From IMG/VR virus record IMGVR_UViG_3300028490_000394: a stretch of 64,000 bases of DNA. The stretch is one strand, 5' to 3'. Both the position numbers and the translations under genes were made by a program. The notes below the pieces were generated by a model, which searched no databases, was not told where the DNA came from, and saw only the letters and a list, made by a program, of their open reading frames with translations. Shown here in pieces: positions 1-10,019 of the stretch (position 1 is its first letter; every line of letters begins with the position of its first letter). Source of the stretch: an uncultured virus (IMG/VR IMGVR_UViG_3300028490_000394). Lineage: Duplodnaviria > Heunggongvirae > Uroviricota > Caudoviricetes.

Positions 1-182
1 ACAATCTCTACTTTTTCTATTTTATAGTTCTTTTTATTGTATCCGTATGGATATGGATCAATTTTAACTACTGGGCTTAAGTTATCGCCTTTTATTTGAT
101 CTACATTCATTACATTGTGATTTAAATTCTGGGCCATTACTATTGTACTTAACATTGCGACTGTTGTGATTATCTTTTTCAT
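1..182 (-). CDS. Partial secreted hypothetical protein (runs off window start)
   Basis: ATG at 182 after AAGGA RBS; MKKIITTVAMLSTIVMA signal-peptide-like N-terminus; not in ORF track. Confidence 0.6.
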   Translation of the reverse strand, partial: MKKIITTVAMLSTIVMAQNLNHNVMNVDQIKGDNLSPVVKIDPYPYGYNKKNYKIEKVEI

Positions 183-531
183 TTTTATTCCTTATTTTTG
201 ATATGTTATCATGTTTTATTTTGATATCTTATCATATTTTAGCTGGAAGTAAAAGGTTTTTGAGGTATTCATATTCCTTTATGGAATATAAACGTTGTTA
301 AGCAGTTAGTTCGAATTGATCTTTGCCATAAATTGCTGACATTCTTTTATATGCTTCTTTTTTTGATTCTGCTGTTAAGATTGCTCTACCACCAGAAAAT
401 AATTTAAATATAAAATTCATATTTTTCTCCTTTTGTTTTATTTAATATTGGTATTATACCATTTTTTTACTTAAAAATCAAGGTTCTTCTCTTTGTATCG
501 TCGCTATATAGGGGAGTCTTTTGTTTTTGAG

Positions 532-610
532 TGGGGGCAGATACTGGATTTGAACCAGTGGAATTTCTTGGGAATGAACCAAGCGAGCGACCTGACTGCT
601 CTAATCTGCT
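532..610 (-). tRNA. tRNA-Met(CAT), initiator-like, divergent
   Basis: Cloverleaf; AC stem CTTGG/CCAAG, loop TTCATTC; 1:72 mismatch; CCA encoded. Confidence 0.75.
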
Positions 611-619
611 ACATTTTTT

Positions 620-696
620 TGGGTGCGGAGGTTGGACTCGAACCAACGACCTCTGGGCCATGAACCCAACAAGCTAACCAACTGCTCTACTCCGCG
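620..696 (-). tRNA. tRNA-fMet(CAT)
   Basis: CGCGGAGTAGAGCAG start, C1:A72 mismatch, GGG/CCC in AC stem, loop TTCATGG, CCA. Confidence 0.88.
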
Positions 697-706
697 TTAT
701 ATTTTT

Positions 707-784
707 TGGTTGCAGGTGTTGGATTTGAACCAACGACCTCTGGGTTATGAACCCAACGAGCTGACCGGACTGCTCTAACCTGCG
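707..784 (-). tRNA. tRNA-fMet(CAT)
   Basis: CGCAGGTTAGAGCAG...TTGGGTTCATAACCCAG...TTCAAAT...ACCA. Confidence 0.92.
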
Positions 785-801
785 TTAAATTTACTCTTTT
801 A

Positions 802-878
802 TGGTTGCGGATATTGGATTCGAACCAATGACCTCTAGGGTATGAGCCTAGCAAGCTACCAAACTGCTCTAATCCGCG
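802..878 (-). tRNA. tRNA-Met(CAT), initiator-like
   Basis: CGCGGATTAGAGCAG...CTAGGCTCATACCCTAG...TTCGAAT...ACCA. Confidence 0.88.
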
Positions 879-891
879 TTATATGTTTTTG

Positions 892-968
892 TGGTCGGAG
901 AGAAGGGATTCGAACCCTCGTGTTCTTCTTTGTAAGAGAAGTGAATAACCATTCTTCGTCACTCGCCG
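892..968 (-). tRNA. tRNA-Val(TAC)
   Basis: AC stem CTTCT/AGAAG, loop CTTACAA; T-loop TTCGAAT; ACCA. Confidence 0.8.
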
Positions 969-1041
969 ATCGTTTGTTCATTACTACTGTAATCAACTTT
1001 AAACAGCTCACTATTTTATGAACTGTTTAAAACTGACATAT

Positions 1042-1119
1042 TGGCAGGCGCCCAGGGACTCGAACCCTGATCCTTGGGATTTGGAATCCCCTGCTCTATC
1101 CAATTGGAGCTAGACACCT
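1042..1119 (-). tRNA. tRNA-Trp(CCA)
   Basis: AGGTGTCTAGCTC...GGGGATTCCAAATCCCA...TTCGAGT...GCCA. Confidence 0.92.
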
Positions 1120-1132
1120 AAAAATTTGACAT

Positions 1133-1176
1133 AAAAAAAGGGGGAACCGGGTACTTAAGACCCGATCCCCCCTTTT
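1133..1176 (-). terminator. Intrinsic terminator (putative attenuator) upstream of tRNA operon
   Basis: GC-rich hairpin GGGGGATCGGGT/ACCCGGTTCCCCC followed by T7 on minus strand. Confidence 0.75.
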
Positions 1177-1192
1177 GTACATATATTACCTT

Positions 1193-1276
1193 TTAGATAA
1201 TTTGTACTCCAGAAAAAGAGCCATAAGAATTAGTTACCACAAATGTCTGCCAAGAATTTACTTTTTTCAAAACCAT
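1193..1276 (-). CDS. Putative 27-aa leader peptide MVLKKVNSWQTFVVTNSYGSFSGVQII
   Basis: AAGGAG RBS; ends 17 nt before terminator; below ORF-track cutoff. Confidence 0.6.
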   Translation of the reverse strand: MVLKKVNSWQTFVVTNSYGSFSGVQII

Positions 1277-1387
1277 GTCTCCTTTATTTTCTGTATTTTA
1301 GAAAGTATATACCAACTAACCTTAAAGTAAGCTTAAATATACTTCCAATGTCTATTTTTTTGTTAAAATATATGAATATATCATATT

Positions 1388-1831
1388 TTATGAGGTTATA
1401 AACGAAACCTCTTCAATTCTACCACCTGTACATTTTTTGTATTCGACACCTCTTTCAACGTTCTTGTATTTCGGATTACTAACACCTATACGATATCCTT
1501 TTCCTCCACCCTGAAGTGGTGTACAGTTAAAAGTATTTATTGAAAGATTGTTTCCTTTTGATATTGCTGTTTTAAATCCTGTTTTTTCACATATCCCATT
1601 TGTATCGTCGACACCTTCTTTACAGTTTATCTTTACATAATTCCCTGTCTTAGATATAAATTGTTGTTGTGCTAGAATTGCATTTCTTGCGTCACTTTTC
1701 ATTGAAGTTAAAATTGCTACTTCTGTTGAATCATTTAGATTTGCAATTGCAAATCCTGCTAATATTGAGATTATTGCCATTACGAATAATAGCTCTACTA
1801 GGGTAAAACCCTTTTTGATTGTTTGTTTCAT
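1388..1831 (-). CDS. Type IV pilin-like protein
   Basis: Class III signal KKG|FTLVE plus hydrophobic helix; 4 Cys. Confidence 0.9.
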   Translation of the reverse strand: MKQTIKKGFTLVELLFVMAIISILAGFAIANLNDSTEVAILTSMKSDARNAILAQQQFISKTGNYVKINCKEGVDDTNGICEKTGFKTAISKGNNLSINTFNCTPLQGGGKGYRIGVSNPKYKNVERGVEYKKCTGGRIEEVSFITS

Positions 1832-1946
1832 TGAAAACTCCTGTTATTTATTTATCTATATATACTATAAAATAAAAATTTCGGAGGTTAACCTAGCTCT
1901 AAGTACAGTTTTGGTATAATATATTATATAAATTAAAGGAGACTTC

Positions 1947-2261
1947 GTGTCTAAAAAACTTATTCTACAAGCATTCAAATTAGGTAATGCTACGTCACAC
2001 ACATATATTGCTCAAATAAAGGTAGGTGAACTCAAAGAGATTCATGCTGAAAAACTTTGTAAAGTTATTCCTGGTTTTGTTGCTGCACTAGAAGTTACTA
2101 AGGCTCATGAAATTAAATGGACTGAAGTTGAAATGAAATTTAAAAGAAAAAATTTCTCGGGGTATGGTTTTCTTGAGATTGATATTGCTGAAGACATGAA
2201 TCTAACTCTTCCTAATGAAGATCCTGACACTATTGTTGAATTTATTATTACTTTAGTATAA
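1947..2261 (+). CDS. Hypothetical protein
   Basis: TGGTATAAT promoter, AAGGAG RBS, GTG start. Confidence 0.75.
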   Translation: MSKKLILQAFKLGNATSHTYIAQIKVGELKEIHAEKLCKVIPGFVAALEVTKAHEIKWTEVEMKFKRKNFSGYGFLEIDIAEDMNLTLPNEDPDTIVEFIITLV

Positions 2262-2371
2262 GTAGATTTTTGATTATTTTTAAGAATTTATGGATTGAAG
2301 TATGAATTGAAGGATTGAACCTGATTCTTCAATATGAAGAACCAAATTCAATGGGTTAGTTTAGCAAAACA

Positions 2372-2809
2372 TTATGGGTTTGCTGCAGCTACACCTGATT
2401 GAACAGAACCGTCTAGACAGCTGTCAAATGTTACAGTGTTTGAACTATAAGTACCATTTGCAATTGCAACTGAATAACCAGCTGAACCGTCAGTACATGT
2501 TTGAGTTGTTACTGTAATTGTATTCCCTTTAGAGAATGCTGTTCTTACATTACCTGTTGTACATAGACCATTATTTTTGGTGTCTGTTCCAGTTTCTCCA
2601 CAAGAAATTGCAGCATATGCTTGTGCATTTGCAAATTCAGTTTGTTGTGCAATGATTGCACCTCTAGCGTCACTCTTCATTGAGTTTACTGTTGCTACTT
2701 TTGTTGAATCATTAAGGTTTGCAATTGCAAATCCTGCTAAGATCGAGATAATTGCCATTACGAATAGTAATTCTACTAGGGTAAACCCTTTTTTCATTGT
2801 TGATTTCAT
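2372..2809 (-). CDS. Type IV pilin-like protein (near-duplicate of 2883..3305)
   Basis: KKG|FTLVE motif; two Cys pairs. Confidence 0.92.
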   Translation of the reverse strand: MKSTMKKGFTLVELLFVMAIISILAGFAIANLNDSTKVATVNSMKSDARGAIIAQQTEFANAQAYAAISCGETGTDTKNNGLCTTGNVRTAFSKGNTITVTTQTCTDGSAGYSVAIANGTYSSNTVTFDSCLDGSVQSGVAAANP

Positions 2810-2882
2810 TTTATTTCCTTGTTTTTGTTTTTTTGTTGTACACTAATTTCTTAATGTACAGTTTGTGAACGACTAATCGCTC

Positions 2883-3305
2883 TTAGCTTGATTGAACAGA
2901 ACCGTCAAGACAGCTGTCAAATGATACTGCATTTCCAGAATATGTAGCATTTGCTATTGCAACTGCATAACCAGCTGAACCGTCAGTACATGTTTGAGTA
3001 GTTACTGTAATAGTATTACCTTTAGAGAACGCTGTTCTTACACTTCCGTCTGTACATAGACCATTGTTTACTGTACCTGATTGACCAGTTGCTGCACAAG
3101 TTAAAGCTTGGTATGCTTGAGCATTTGCAAATTCAGTTTGTTGTGCAATGATTGCACCTCTAGCGTCACTCTTCATTGAGTTTACTGTTGCTACTTTTGT
3201 TGAATCATTAAGATTTGCAATTGCAAACCCAGCTAAGATTGAGATAATTGCCATTACGAATAATAGTTCTACTAGGGTAAACCCTTTTTTGATTGTTGAT
3301 TTCAT
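2883..3305 (-). CDS. Type IV pilin-like protein
   Basis: KKG|FTLVE motif; AAGGAGG RBS; two Cys pairs. Confidence 0.92.
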   Translation of the reverse strand: MKSTIKKGFTLVELLFVMAIISILAGFAIANLNDSTKVATVNSMKSDARGAIIAQQTEFANAQAYQALTCAATGQSGTVNNGLCTDGSVRTAFSKGNTITVTTQTCTDGSAGYAVAIANATYSGNAVSFDSCLDGSVQSS

Positions 3306-3407
3306 TTATGAAACCTCCTATAATTTATTTTTTTAAAGTTCGCACTAAATTTTTAAACTTTGTCCCTATATATATTTACCTCCCTTTAAAATCGGAGGTT
3401 TTCTTTT

Positions 3408-3842
3408 TTATTCTTCTATAATACTTATATTGCTTCCTTCACAATTATCTAGATATGCTATCTTTTCTGTAAATTTGTTTGATACTCTTATTTCATATCC
3501 TTTTCTATTATCACAATCGATCTCATTCACTTCTAATGTATTATCTTTTGATACTACGAATTTATGATCATTGTCTGAATAGCATATCCCATTTTCGTCG
3601 TCTTCTCCTTCTTTACAGTAAACAACGTCATATGTCTGAGCACTAATAAAAATTGATTCTTGTTTTATTTTTGCATTTCTTGCGTCATTCTTTAGTGATA
3701 GTAGGCTTGCTCCATTCTTATTGTCTTTTAAACTATTATTGAGTCCATTACCTGCTCCTCTCATTGAAAAGTATGTTAGTGCCCCCATTACTACAATCCC
3801 TATTAATAGAGATATCATTGTATTTCCTTTTCTGTTTTCCAT
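3408..3842 (-). CDS. Divergent pilin-like protein lacking Glu5
   Basis: RKG|NTMISLLIG; C-terminal part aligns with 1388..1831 (KNDARNA, CKEGxDDxNGIC, SKxN); start moved to RBS-supported ATG. Confidence 0.75.
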   Translation of the reverse strand: MENRKGNTMISLLIGIVVMGALTYFSMRGAGNGLNNSLKDNKNGASLLSLKNDARNAKIKQESIFISAQTYDVVYCKEGEDDENGICYSDNDHKFVVSKDNTLEVNEIDCDNRKGYEIRVSNKFTEKIAYLDNCEGSNISIIEE

Positions 3843-3901
3843 TTTTTTTCCTTTGTTTTTATGATATACTCGCATTATATCAAAAAAAGGAGAAATCAAA
3901 C

Positions 3902-4093
3902 ATGGGTTTCACATTTATTATGTCCACTTTTATTATTGGATTGTTATTTGCTTTTATAAAAAGCTATCAGGTTAAGGTATGGGTTATACTAGGGGCTGTT
4001 GCTCTTGTTATTGTTTACTATACTTTTATTTCTTACGCAGGACAAGAGTCTATTGATTCTTTTTTTCAAACTACTTTAGATTTTAGGAGATAA
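3902..4093 (+). CDS. Small membrane protein
   Basis: AAGGAG RBS; two hydrophobic segments. Confidence 0.7.
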   Translation: MGFTFIMSTFIIGLLFAFIKSYQVKVWVILGAVALVIVYYTFISYAGQESIDSFFQTTLDFRR

Positions 4094-4094
4094 C

Positions 4095-4400
4095 ATGGGT
4101 TTTATTGCATTTTTAATTACTTTACTTACAGGTATCTTTGTTTCATTACTTTTACCTAGAAAAGCTGTTTTTGCTTTAATCCTTATTGGAGCAACTCTTA
4201 TATCTATGAATCATTTGAATTTAATAGATAAAAATCTTATAGATCTTGAGGAATTCGCTATTTCTATTAATGGTGGTGTTGATAGTGATATTTATAATGA
4301 ACTTAGTAAGTTTAAGGAGGCTTTTGTTGAGATAAATAGTGCTACTGATAAGGCTATTAATCTTGAAGCTAGCGATTTTGAGAAGAATCCTCCTAAATAA
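4095..4400 (+). CDS. Membrane protein
   Basis: AGGAG RBS; N-terminal TM hairpin resembling preceding gene. Confidence 0.75.
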   Translation: MGFIAFLITLLTGIFVSLLLPRKAVFALILIGATLISMNHLNLIDKNLIDLEEFAISINGGVDSDIYNELSKFKEAFVEINSATDKAINLEASDFEKNPPK

Positions 4401-4458
4401 CTCACTTTTACTTTCTTTTTGTGGTATACTTTCCTATATCACATAAAGGATTTTATAC

Positions 4459-4932
4459 ATGCTATTACGCAACCCTATCATTGATTTTAAATTAATCAAA
4501 ACACAAATACAAATTATTTCTTCTGAACGAACTACCTCGGAACTATTCTATGAACTCTCTACTAGTATCGCTAAAACTGAAGCTTTTATATTAGAAGACA
4601 CTTTATCTATTGAATTCTCTGAATCTTTTTCTAAAATTATTGTTGAAACTATTGCACTAATGTGTTCTATTTATGGTATTGAAGATTATTTTGATTATAT
4701 TGAACATACTTCTCACTATGGTAACGTTAAGCCTGAAGACGACTTTGAAGATCATTACAAGTCTTTAGTTGTTCCTTTTTATAAGTTACGTAGTGATATC
4801 TCTATGGTTATGCTACATGAGTCTAAAGGTATCTCAATTAAACCTCTATATCAATTAGCTAAGTTCCTTAATTATATGGAAGCTGAGTCTATTGAACTTA
4901 ACTATTCTATTTTACGCGAGTTAGGACTGTAG
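4459..4932 (+). CDS. Hypothetical protein
   Basis: ORF with TGGTATACT promoter and AAGGA RBS. Confidence 0.75.
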   Translation: MLLRNPIIDFKLIKTQIQIISSERTTSELFYELSTSIAKTEAFILEDTLSIEFSESFSKIIVETIALMCSIYGIEDYFDYIEHTSHYGNVKPEDDFEDHYKSLVVPFYKLRSDISMVMLHESKGISIKPLYQLAKFLNYMEAESIELNYSILRELGL

Positions 4933-4958
4933 TCTGCTCTTTCTATTCAGAGTTCGGA

Positions 4959-5285
4959 TTATAGTCCTGCTCTGAATTTTAAGTATCCATTTAATAAAGA
5001 TCTTATTTTCTCTGCTCCAACTGGATTTGCTGAATGCACATTGAATTTAAATCCCTCTGGAATTACTATCTCTCCGTCTAATTCTGAATCTACAATCCAT
5101 TTTGCAAAATCAAACCCTGACTTTCTTTCTTTACCGTCTACCATACCTAGGTCATGATCAAATGATATGAAGTCTGGCATTCCATGCTCTCTTACATATG
5201 CTTGCCCTTCCTCACATGTTCTTACTATTACTGTAAACTCTGTTTTTGGAGTTCTTATGTCGTCTATATATAAAGTTCTTTTCAT
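4959..5285 (-). CDS. Cyclic-phosphate processing receiver-like domain protein
   Basis: LYIDDIR, ISFDHDLG, GFD and VHSANP motifs. Confidence 0.8.
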   Translation of the reverse strand: MKRTLYIDDIRTPKTEFTVIVRTCEEGQAYVREHGMPDFISFDHDLGMVDGKERKSGFDFAKWIVDSELDGEIVIPEGFKFNVHSANPVGAEKIRSLLNGYLKFRAGL

Positions 5286-5385
5286 TTTAAACTCCTTCTT
5301 TTTTATTTATTATACCATATCACTCATTAAAGTATACTTGTTTTTTCTTCTTTTTTACGGTATAATCTATATAAAAAGGAATTTT

Positions 5386-5757
5386 ATGTATTTATTTGTA
5401 TATGGCACATTAAAAAATTATCACCGTAATAACTACCTCTTGGCCCAATCTATACGTATTGGAGAAGCTGTTACTGTAAAAAAGTACAGTTTATATCCAT
5501 TCCCTGAATATGATTTTCCTTATCTCACTAAAGAAAAAAACTATCAAATTATTGGTGAATTGTATAAAATTAATGAAAGTACTTTAAAAAATGTTGATCA
5601 TTTAGAAAGTTATCCGGAACTTTATGATAGAGAAGATATTGCAGTTACTGTAAATGGTTTTAACTATATTGCTATTTGTTACTTCATTAAAGAAGCACCT
5701 GAAGGACAGTCTGTCCAGGCGTCTAACCATTGGGGTTTAGATATCCCAACTCCTTAA
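5386..5757 (+). CDS. Gamma-glutamylcyclotransferase family protein
   Basis: LFVYGTLK, IIGELY, DHLESYP-LY-R; start moved to RBS-supported ATG. Confidence 0.88.
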   Translation: MYLFVYGTLKNYHRNNYLLAQSIRIGEAVTVKKYSLYPFPEYDFPYLTKEKNYQIIGELYKINESTLKNVDHLESYPELYDREDIAVTVNGFNYIAICYFIKEAPEGQSVQASNHWGLDIPTP

Positions 5758-5801
5758 TCCGATTTATATGAGAACTCTTATATCTATGTAAAGGAGTTCT
5801 T

Positions 5802-6251
5802 ATGAAAACTAAAAATGGATTCACCCTTGTAGAATTATTATTTGTTATGGCAATTGTATCAATTATGGCTGGAGTTGCTATCGCACAAATGAATGGGTCT
5901 ACTGATAAGGCACATGAATTAGATCTTATTAATGAGGCTAGACTTATTAATACACAACTTTTGGAGCAGCTTAGTCAAAACTCTTCACACCGTTTTACTA
6001 CTAGCATAAGTACTCCTTTAACTCCGGGACCTATTATTAATACTAAGCTTAGAGAACTTCCCATATCTAGTACTGGACTTACTTTGCGTACTCCATATGA
6101 TATTGCTTATGTTATTTCCCCTCTTGGTGGTAATTGTTATAAAATTAGAGTTTTTTCAAAATATTTTTATGAACTTGAATATAAATGGGATACCTATGTT
6201 GACACTGGTAACTGTTTGTTAAACAACGAAACAGTTTTAGTCAGACCCTAA
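5802..6251 (+). CDS. Type IV pilin-like protein
   Basis: KNG|FTLVELLFVMAI. Confidence 0.88.
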   Translation: MKTKNGFTLVELLFVMAIVSIMAGVAIAQMNGSTDKAHELDLINEARLINTQLLEQLSQNSSHRFTTSISTPLTPGPIINTKLRELPISSTGLTLRTPYDIAYVISPLGGNCYKIRVFSKYFYELEYKWDTYVDTGNCLLNNETVLVRP

Positions 6252-7285
6252 TCGTCTAAACTTCCTTCAAAGAAGTTCAATCTCTTCGCTGCTCTATATT
6301 TAATGATCGTTCCTTCCACTATACAGTCCCCTGGACTTGGCAGGAATACAAACTCTTGACCTACATACTTATAGCCCTCTGGTACCGCTCCTGCTGCCAC
6401 AAACAATAGAACCATGTCAATCCATTTCTGTTCTTTACCTTTATATTCTATGTTATACTGAGTTCCCTCTACGTCATTACTAAATATTGCCTTTTCAAAC
6501 TCTATCGCACCCGGGTCAAGTACTTCTTGAGCTAATAGTTGAGGTGTTGATATATTTGCTATCACACTTGCTCCACTTGATTCAAAAAGGATCCCGTCTT
6601 CTCTTACTTTTTCAGAGATAATACGTAGTTTACTATTTAGTCTATACATTACTGCTACCGCAGAAGAAGAAAAGTCGTCTGATTCTATTTTTAGAGGATC
6701 TATTGCTAGTACAACTACTGTGTCTGTATTTTTAATTCCTGCACGTTCTAATATTTCTATTTCTGAAGCCAAACCTTTAATGAAAGTAATATTATAATCA
6801 CTGAACCATTCCGGGGCTTCTTCTAGACTATTTGATATAACTACAATATTACCTTTTTCATATGTTTCGTCCATACGTACTTCTTCTATGATTGTTTTTA
6901 CTTTGCTTTCACTTGGATATCCTACTATTAATAGTTTTACTTCATTTCTCATTTTTGATAAACCTTTTCTTTTTCTTGCTATGTTGTTCATTACTAATTC
7001 TCCAATTAGACCTAATATAATACCCAGTACTGATATCGATATTACCATGTATATTGGTGTTATTAATTTTCCAATTGTTGTACTTGGTGACAAATCTCCA
7101 TATCCTACTGTTGTTGCTGTTGTTAGTATAAAGTAGTATGTATTTATTAATGAAAAGTTTTCAATTGTGTACATAAATAAACCAAAGATTAACGATACTA
7201 TCATAAAAATTGATAATACTAGTCTTATGTTTCTGGTTTTACTTGAAAAAAATATTTTTTTACTTCTTTTTAGCCAAAATATCAT
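6248..7285 (-). CDS. Potassium channel protein with RCK/TrkA-N-like domain
   Basis: TTVGYGD selectivity filter, 2 TM, C-terminal Rossmann-like domain. Confidence 0.9.
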   Translation of the reverse strand: MIFWLKRSKKIFFSSKTRNIRLVLSIFMIVSLIFGLFMYTIENFSLINTYYFILTTATTVGYGDLSPSTTIGKLITPIYMVISISVLGIILGLIGELVMNNIARKRKGLSKMRNEVKLLIVGYPSESKVKTIIEEVRMDETYEKGNIVVISNSLEEAPEWFSDYNITFIKGLASEIEILERAGIKNTDTVVVLAIDPLKIESDDFSSSAVAVMYRLNSKLRIISEKVREDGILFESSGASVIANISTPQLLAQEVLDPGAIEFEKAIFSNDVEGTQYNIEYKGKEQKWIDMVLLFVAAGAVPEGYKYVGQEFVFLPSPGDCIVEGTIIKYRAAKRLNFFEGSLDD

Positions 7286-7361
7286 TTTTGTCCTTTTTTT
7301 TTGTATAATTCTTAGATATTATATCTAAACAATGCTTAAATGCAGTTAAGGAGTTATTCAT

Positions 7362-7988
7362 ATGGAACGTAGAAATTTTTTAAAACAGGCAGCTATTATT
7401 GTTAGTTCTGTTACACCAGTGGTGAGTAGTGCAGTCTCTCGAGACGAAGCTTTCTTACTTAATTATATAGGGGAGCCTATTCCTAAAGTTAAAAGAAAGA
7501 AGATTATCACTTCTTCTAAAGGTCATTTTGATACAAGTGGTACAAAAAAACTACACCTTGTTAATGTTCATACTGAAGAAGAGATTCATATTACCTTTAG
7601 AAAAAATGGTCAATTGGTTGCTAGTGCTACTAAAGAATTTAATCATTTTATGAGAGATTTTAGAACTGGTGAAGTTATTAAAATTGATCCTCATGTTCTT
7701 GATATGCTTTATGCTGTCTCTGATCGTTTAGATACTGACCGTGCTATTCATGTTCTTTCTGGATACAGATCCAAAGCAACTAATGATAAATTACGTAGAC
7801 GTATGCATGGTGTTGCTCAAAACAGTCTTCATACTAATGGTAGAGCTATTGATATTGCTATTTCTAATAGAAGTGTTAAGAAGGTTGCTAAAGTAGGTAG
7901 ATTGCTTAAATATGGTGGTGTAGGACAATATAATAAGTCCCACTTTGTTCATTTAGATACTGGACGTGTTCGTCATTGGTATGGTTAA
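7362..7988 (+). CDS. YcbK/DUF882 peptidase M15 family protein, Tat-exported
   Basis: RRNFLK Tat signal; SGYRS, SLH..GRAID, FVHLDTG motifs. Confidence 0.9.
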   Translation: MERRNFLKQAAIIVSSVTPVVSSAVSRDEAFLLNYIGEPIPKVKRKKIITSSKGHFDTSGTKKLHLVNVHTEEEIHITFRKNGQLVASATKEFNHFMRDFRTGEVIKIDPHVLDMLYAVSDRLDTDRAIHVLSGYRSKATNDKLRRRMHGVAQNSLHTNGRAIDIAISNRSVKKVAKVGRLLKYGGVGQYNKSHFVHLDTGRVRHWYG

Positions 7989-8360
7989 TTTATTTTGAGA
8001 CCTTTTTTGGTCTCTCTTACTATAAAAATTTTTTATCCCTAACTTCTCTCTTAGTTTAAAGTAATCATTTTTTGATATCTCAAAATCAAAAAACTCTGAT
8101 TCATATAGACTTATACTATATTTCACTTGCTTATCTCTAAAATTAGAACTGTTGTATGCATTCTTATTCCATATCTTTCTAAAATGCTCTTTATATCTCT
8201 GTTCTGAGACCGCCTTTATATTCCCTATATGTACATGTTCTATTGTTACCGAAGATCTACTACCATGAATGATCTTTATAAAATCACTATTTGGTATTAT
8301 CTCTATCTCTGCACCTATACTTAGTACTGTTAATAGTACCACCATTATTATCTTCTTCAT
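7953..8360 (-). CDS. Secreted hypothetical protein
   Basis: MKK plus hydrophobic signal peptide. Confidence 0.65.
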   Translation of the reverse strand: MKKIIMVVLLTVLSIGAEIEIIPNSDFIKIIHGSRSSVTIEHVHIGNIKAVSEQRYKEHFRKIWNKNAYNSSNFRDKQVKYSISLYESEFFDFEISKNDYFKLREKLGIKNFYSKRDQKRSQNKLTIPMTNTSSI

Positions 8361-8369
8361 TTTTTTCCT

Positions 8370-10019
8370 TTAATATGTCTTCCAACTATCTTTTATGTAT
8401 CTTTGTAATAAAACTGGTCTCATTAACGTATTGATATCTGTATACTTACTTGTTAACTCTCCTCTTCCAAAGAAAAAATTACTTCTAAATTTTGATTCTG
8501 TTAAATAGTTTGTATCTGTTTCAAATTCTATATTCTCTATTTTAGCAAAAACTTCTGCTTTTGTCATATCATTCTTATTCCATGCTACCCACCAACCCCA
8601 ATCTCCAAAGGCTGGTACGTTGTCATGATATGGTAGTGTGTCAAACCCTGCAGCTTCTATTGTTCTTCCTATCGTTAAGAATGATTCTTTCGCATGATAT
8701 GGACTCGTTGATTGTACTACAAACATTCCACCCTTTTTTAATACCATTTTCACTTTTAAGTAAAACTCTTTTGAATATAATTTTGCTAAGTCTACATTTG
8801 AAGGATCCGGGAAGTCTATAATTATGATATCCCACTTCTTTCCTTTCCCTATGATTGAATGAAGAAACTTATCTGCGTCAATATTCACTACATTTACAGT
8901 TCCTATCTCTTCACCTTTTCTAAATAGTGTCTTTGTATCATTTGTATCTATTACAAACTCTGGTTTTATAAAATTTACATTTTCAAATGCATTTTCATTT
9001 AAATCAGTTAATACTTTTTCTGTTTTGAATAGCTTTATCATACCCTCGTCTAGATCTATCAATGAAATATCTTTTATCATTGGATTTTTCTTTAGGTCTC
9101 TTACTGCCATTCCGTCTCCTCCTCCGAAGACCAAGGCGCTCTTTTCTCCCTTTACTAAGGCCATGATAGGACTAACCAGATTATCGTGGTACCTATGCTC
9201 GTCTCGTGACGCAAATTGGGTATTTCCATTGATATACAATCTTATTTCACTCATATCTTTATCTTGTGTAACTGTAAGTTTCTGATATTTTGTTTTTTGT
9301 GAGTAAATGATCTTATCTGGATATAGTTTTTGTTCTAGAGCTACCGACCAGTCTTTTACTTGTGTATAACCCATTAACATTATTGCTGTTACTATTACTG
9401 CAGGTACAACTGTTCTTGTAGAGCGTTCTATTACTAGGATTGTCATTACTGCTATCATTAGGTTTAAACCACTTAATATAAAACTTATCTCTACTAAGTG
9501 CACATATGGTAATAGTAAGTATACCCATACATATGCCCCTACTAAACTACCTAAATAGTCTGCCGCTAGTATTAGTGATACATTCCCTTTTAAAGAGTCT
9601 GAAAAGTTTTCATTTATTCTTATTAAGAAAGGTATTTCAAAACCAATCAAGAGACCTATACTTATAATAAAGAAATATTGAATTAGTGCGAAGTGTACTG
9701 GTAAATAACCAAAGGCTGCATACATTACAATTGGAGCAAACCCACCAAGTAATGCTAATGTTAGTTCTAGTTTTAAAAACTTGTATACAAGATCCTCGTC
9801 ATTAAAATACTTTTGTATCCAACCACCAGCTCCCATTGCACCTAGCATTAATGCTATTGTTACACTAAATTGTTCAATTGTATTCCCTAGGATATAACTT
9901 GATACAGTTGATAATACATATTCGTTAACTAGTCCTGCTGCTCCTGTAAAGAACATAGATAGTGCAAACATTATTCTTATTCGTGTTGTATTTAGTTTTT
10001 TTAAATTTGAGTCTTGCAT
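8370..10019 (-). CDS. speE: Membrane-fused polyamine aminopropyltransferase (spermidine synthase-like)
   Basis: N-terminal multi-TM region; GGGDG SAM motif, IIIDFPDP, LYSKEFY. Confidence 0.88.
   Translation of the reverse strand: MQDSNLKKLNTTRIRIMFALSMFFTGAAGLVNEYVLSTVSSYILGNTIEQFSVTIALMLGAMGAGGWIQKYFNDEDLVYKFLKLELTLALLGGFAPIVMYAAFGYLPVHFALIQYFFIISIGLLIGFEIPFLIRINENFSDSLKGNVSLILAADYLGSLVGAYVWVYLLLPYVHLVEISFILSGLNLMIAVMTILVIERSTRTVVPAVIVTAIMLMGYTQVKDWSVALEQKLYPDKIIYSQKTKYQKLTVTQDKDMSEIRLYINGNTQFASRDEHRYHDNLVSPIMALVKGEKSALVFGGGDGMAVRDLKKNPMIKDISLIDLDEGMIKLFKTEKVLTDLNENAFENVNFIKPEFVIDTNDTKTLFRKGEEIGTVNVVNIDADKFLHSIIGKGKKWDIIIIDFPDPSNVDLAKLYSKEFYLKVKMVLKKGGMFVVQSTSPYHAKESFLTIGRTIEAAGFDTLPYHDNVPAFGDWGWWVAWNKNDMTKAEVFAKIENIEFETDTNYLTESKFRSNFFFGRGELTSKYTDINTLMRPVLLQRYIKDSWKTY

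Noticed and set aside
467..661. 64-aa ORF
   Set aside because: Overlaps two tRNA genes; spurious
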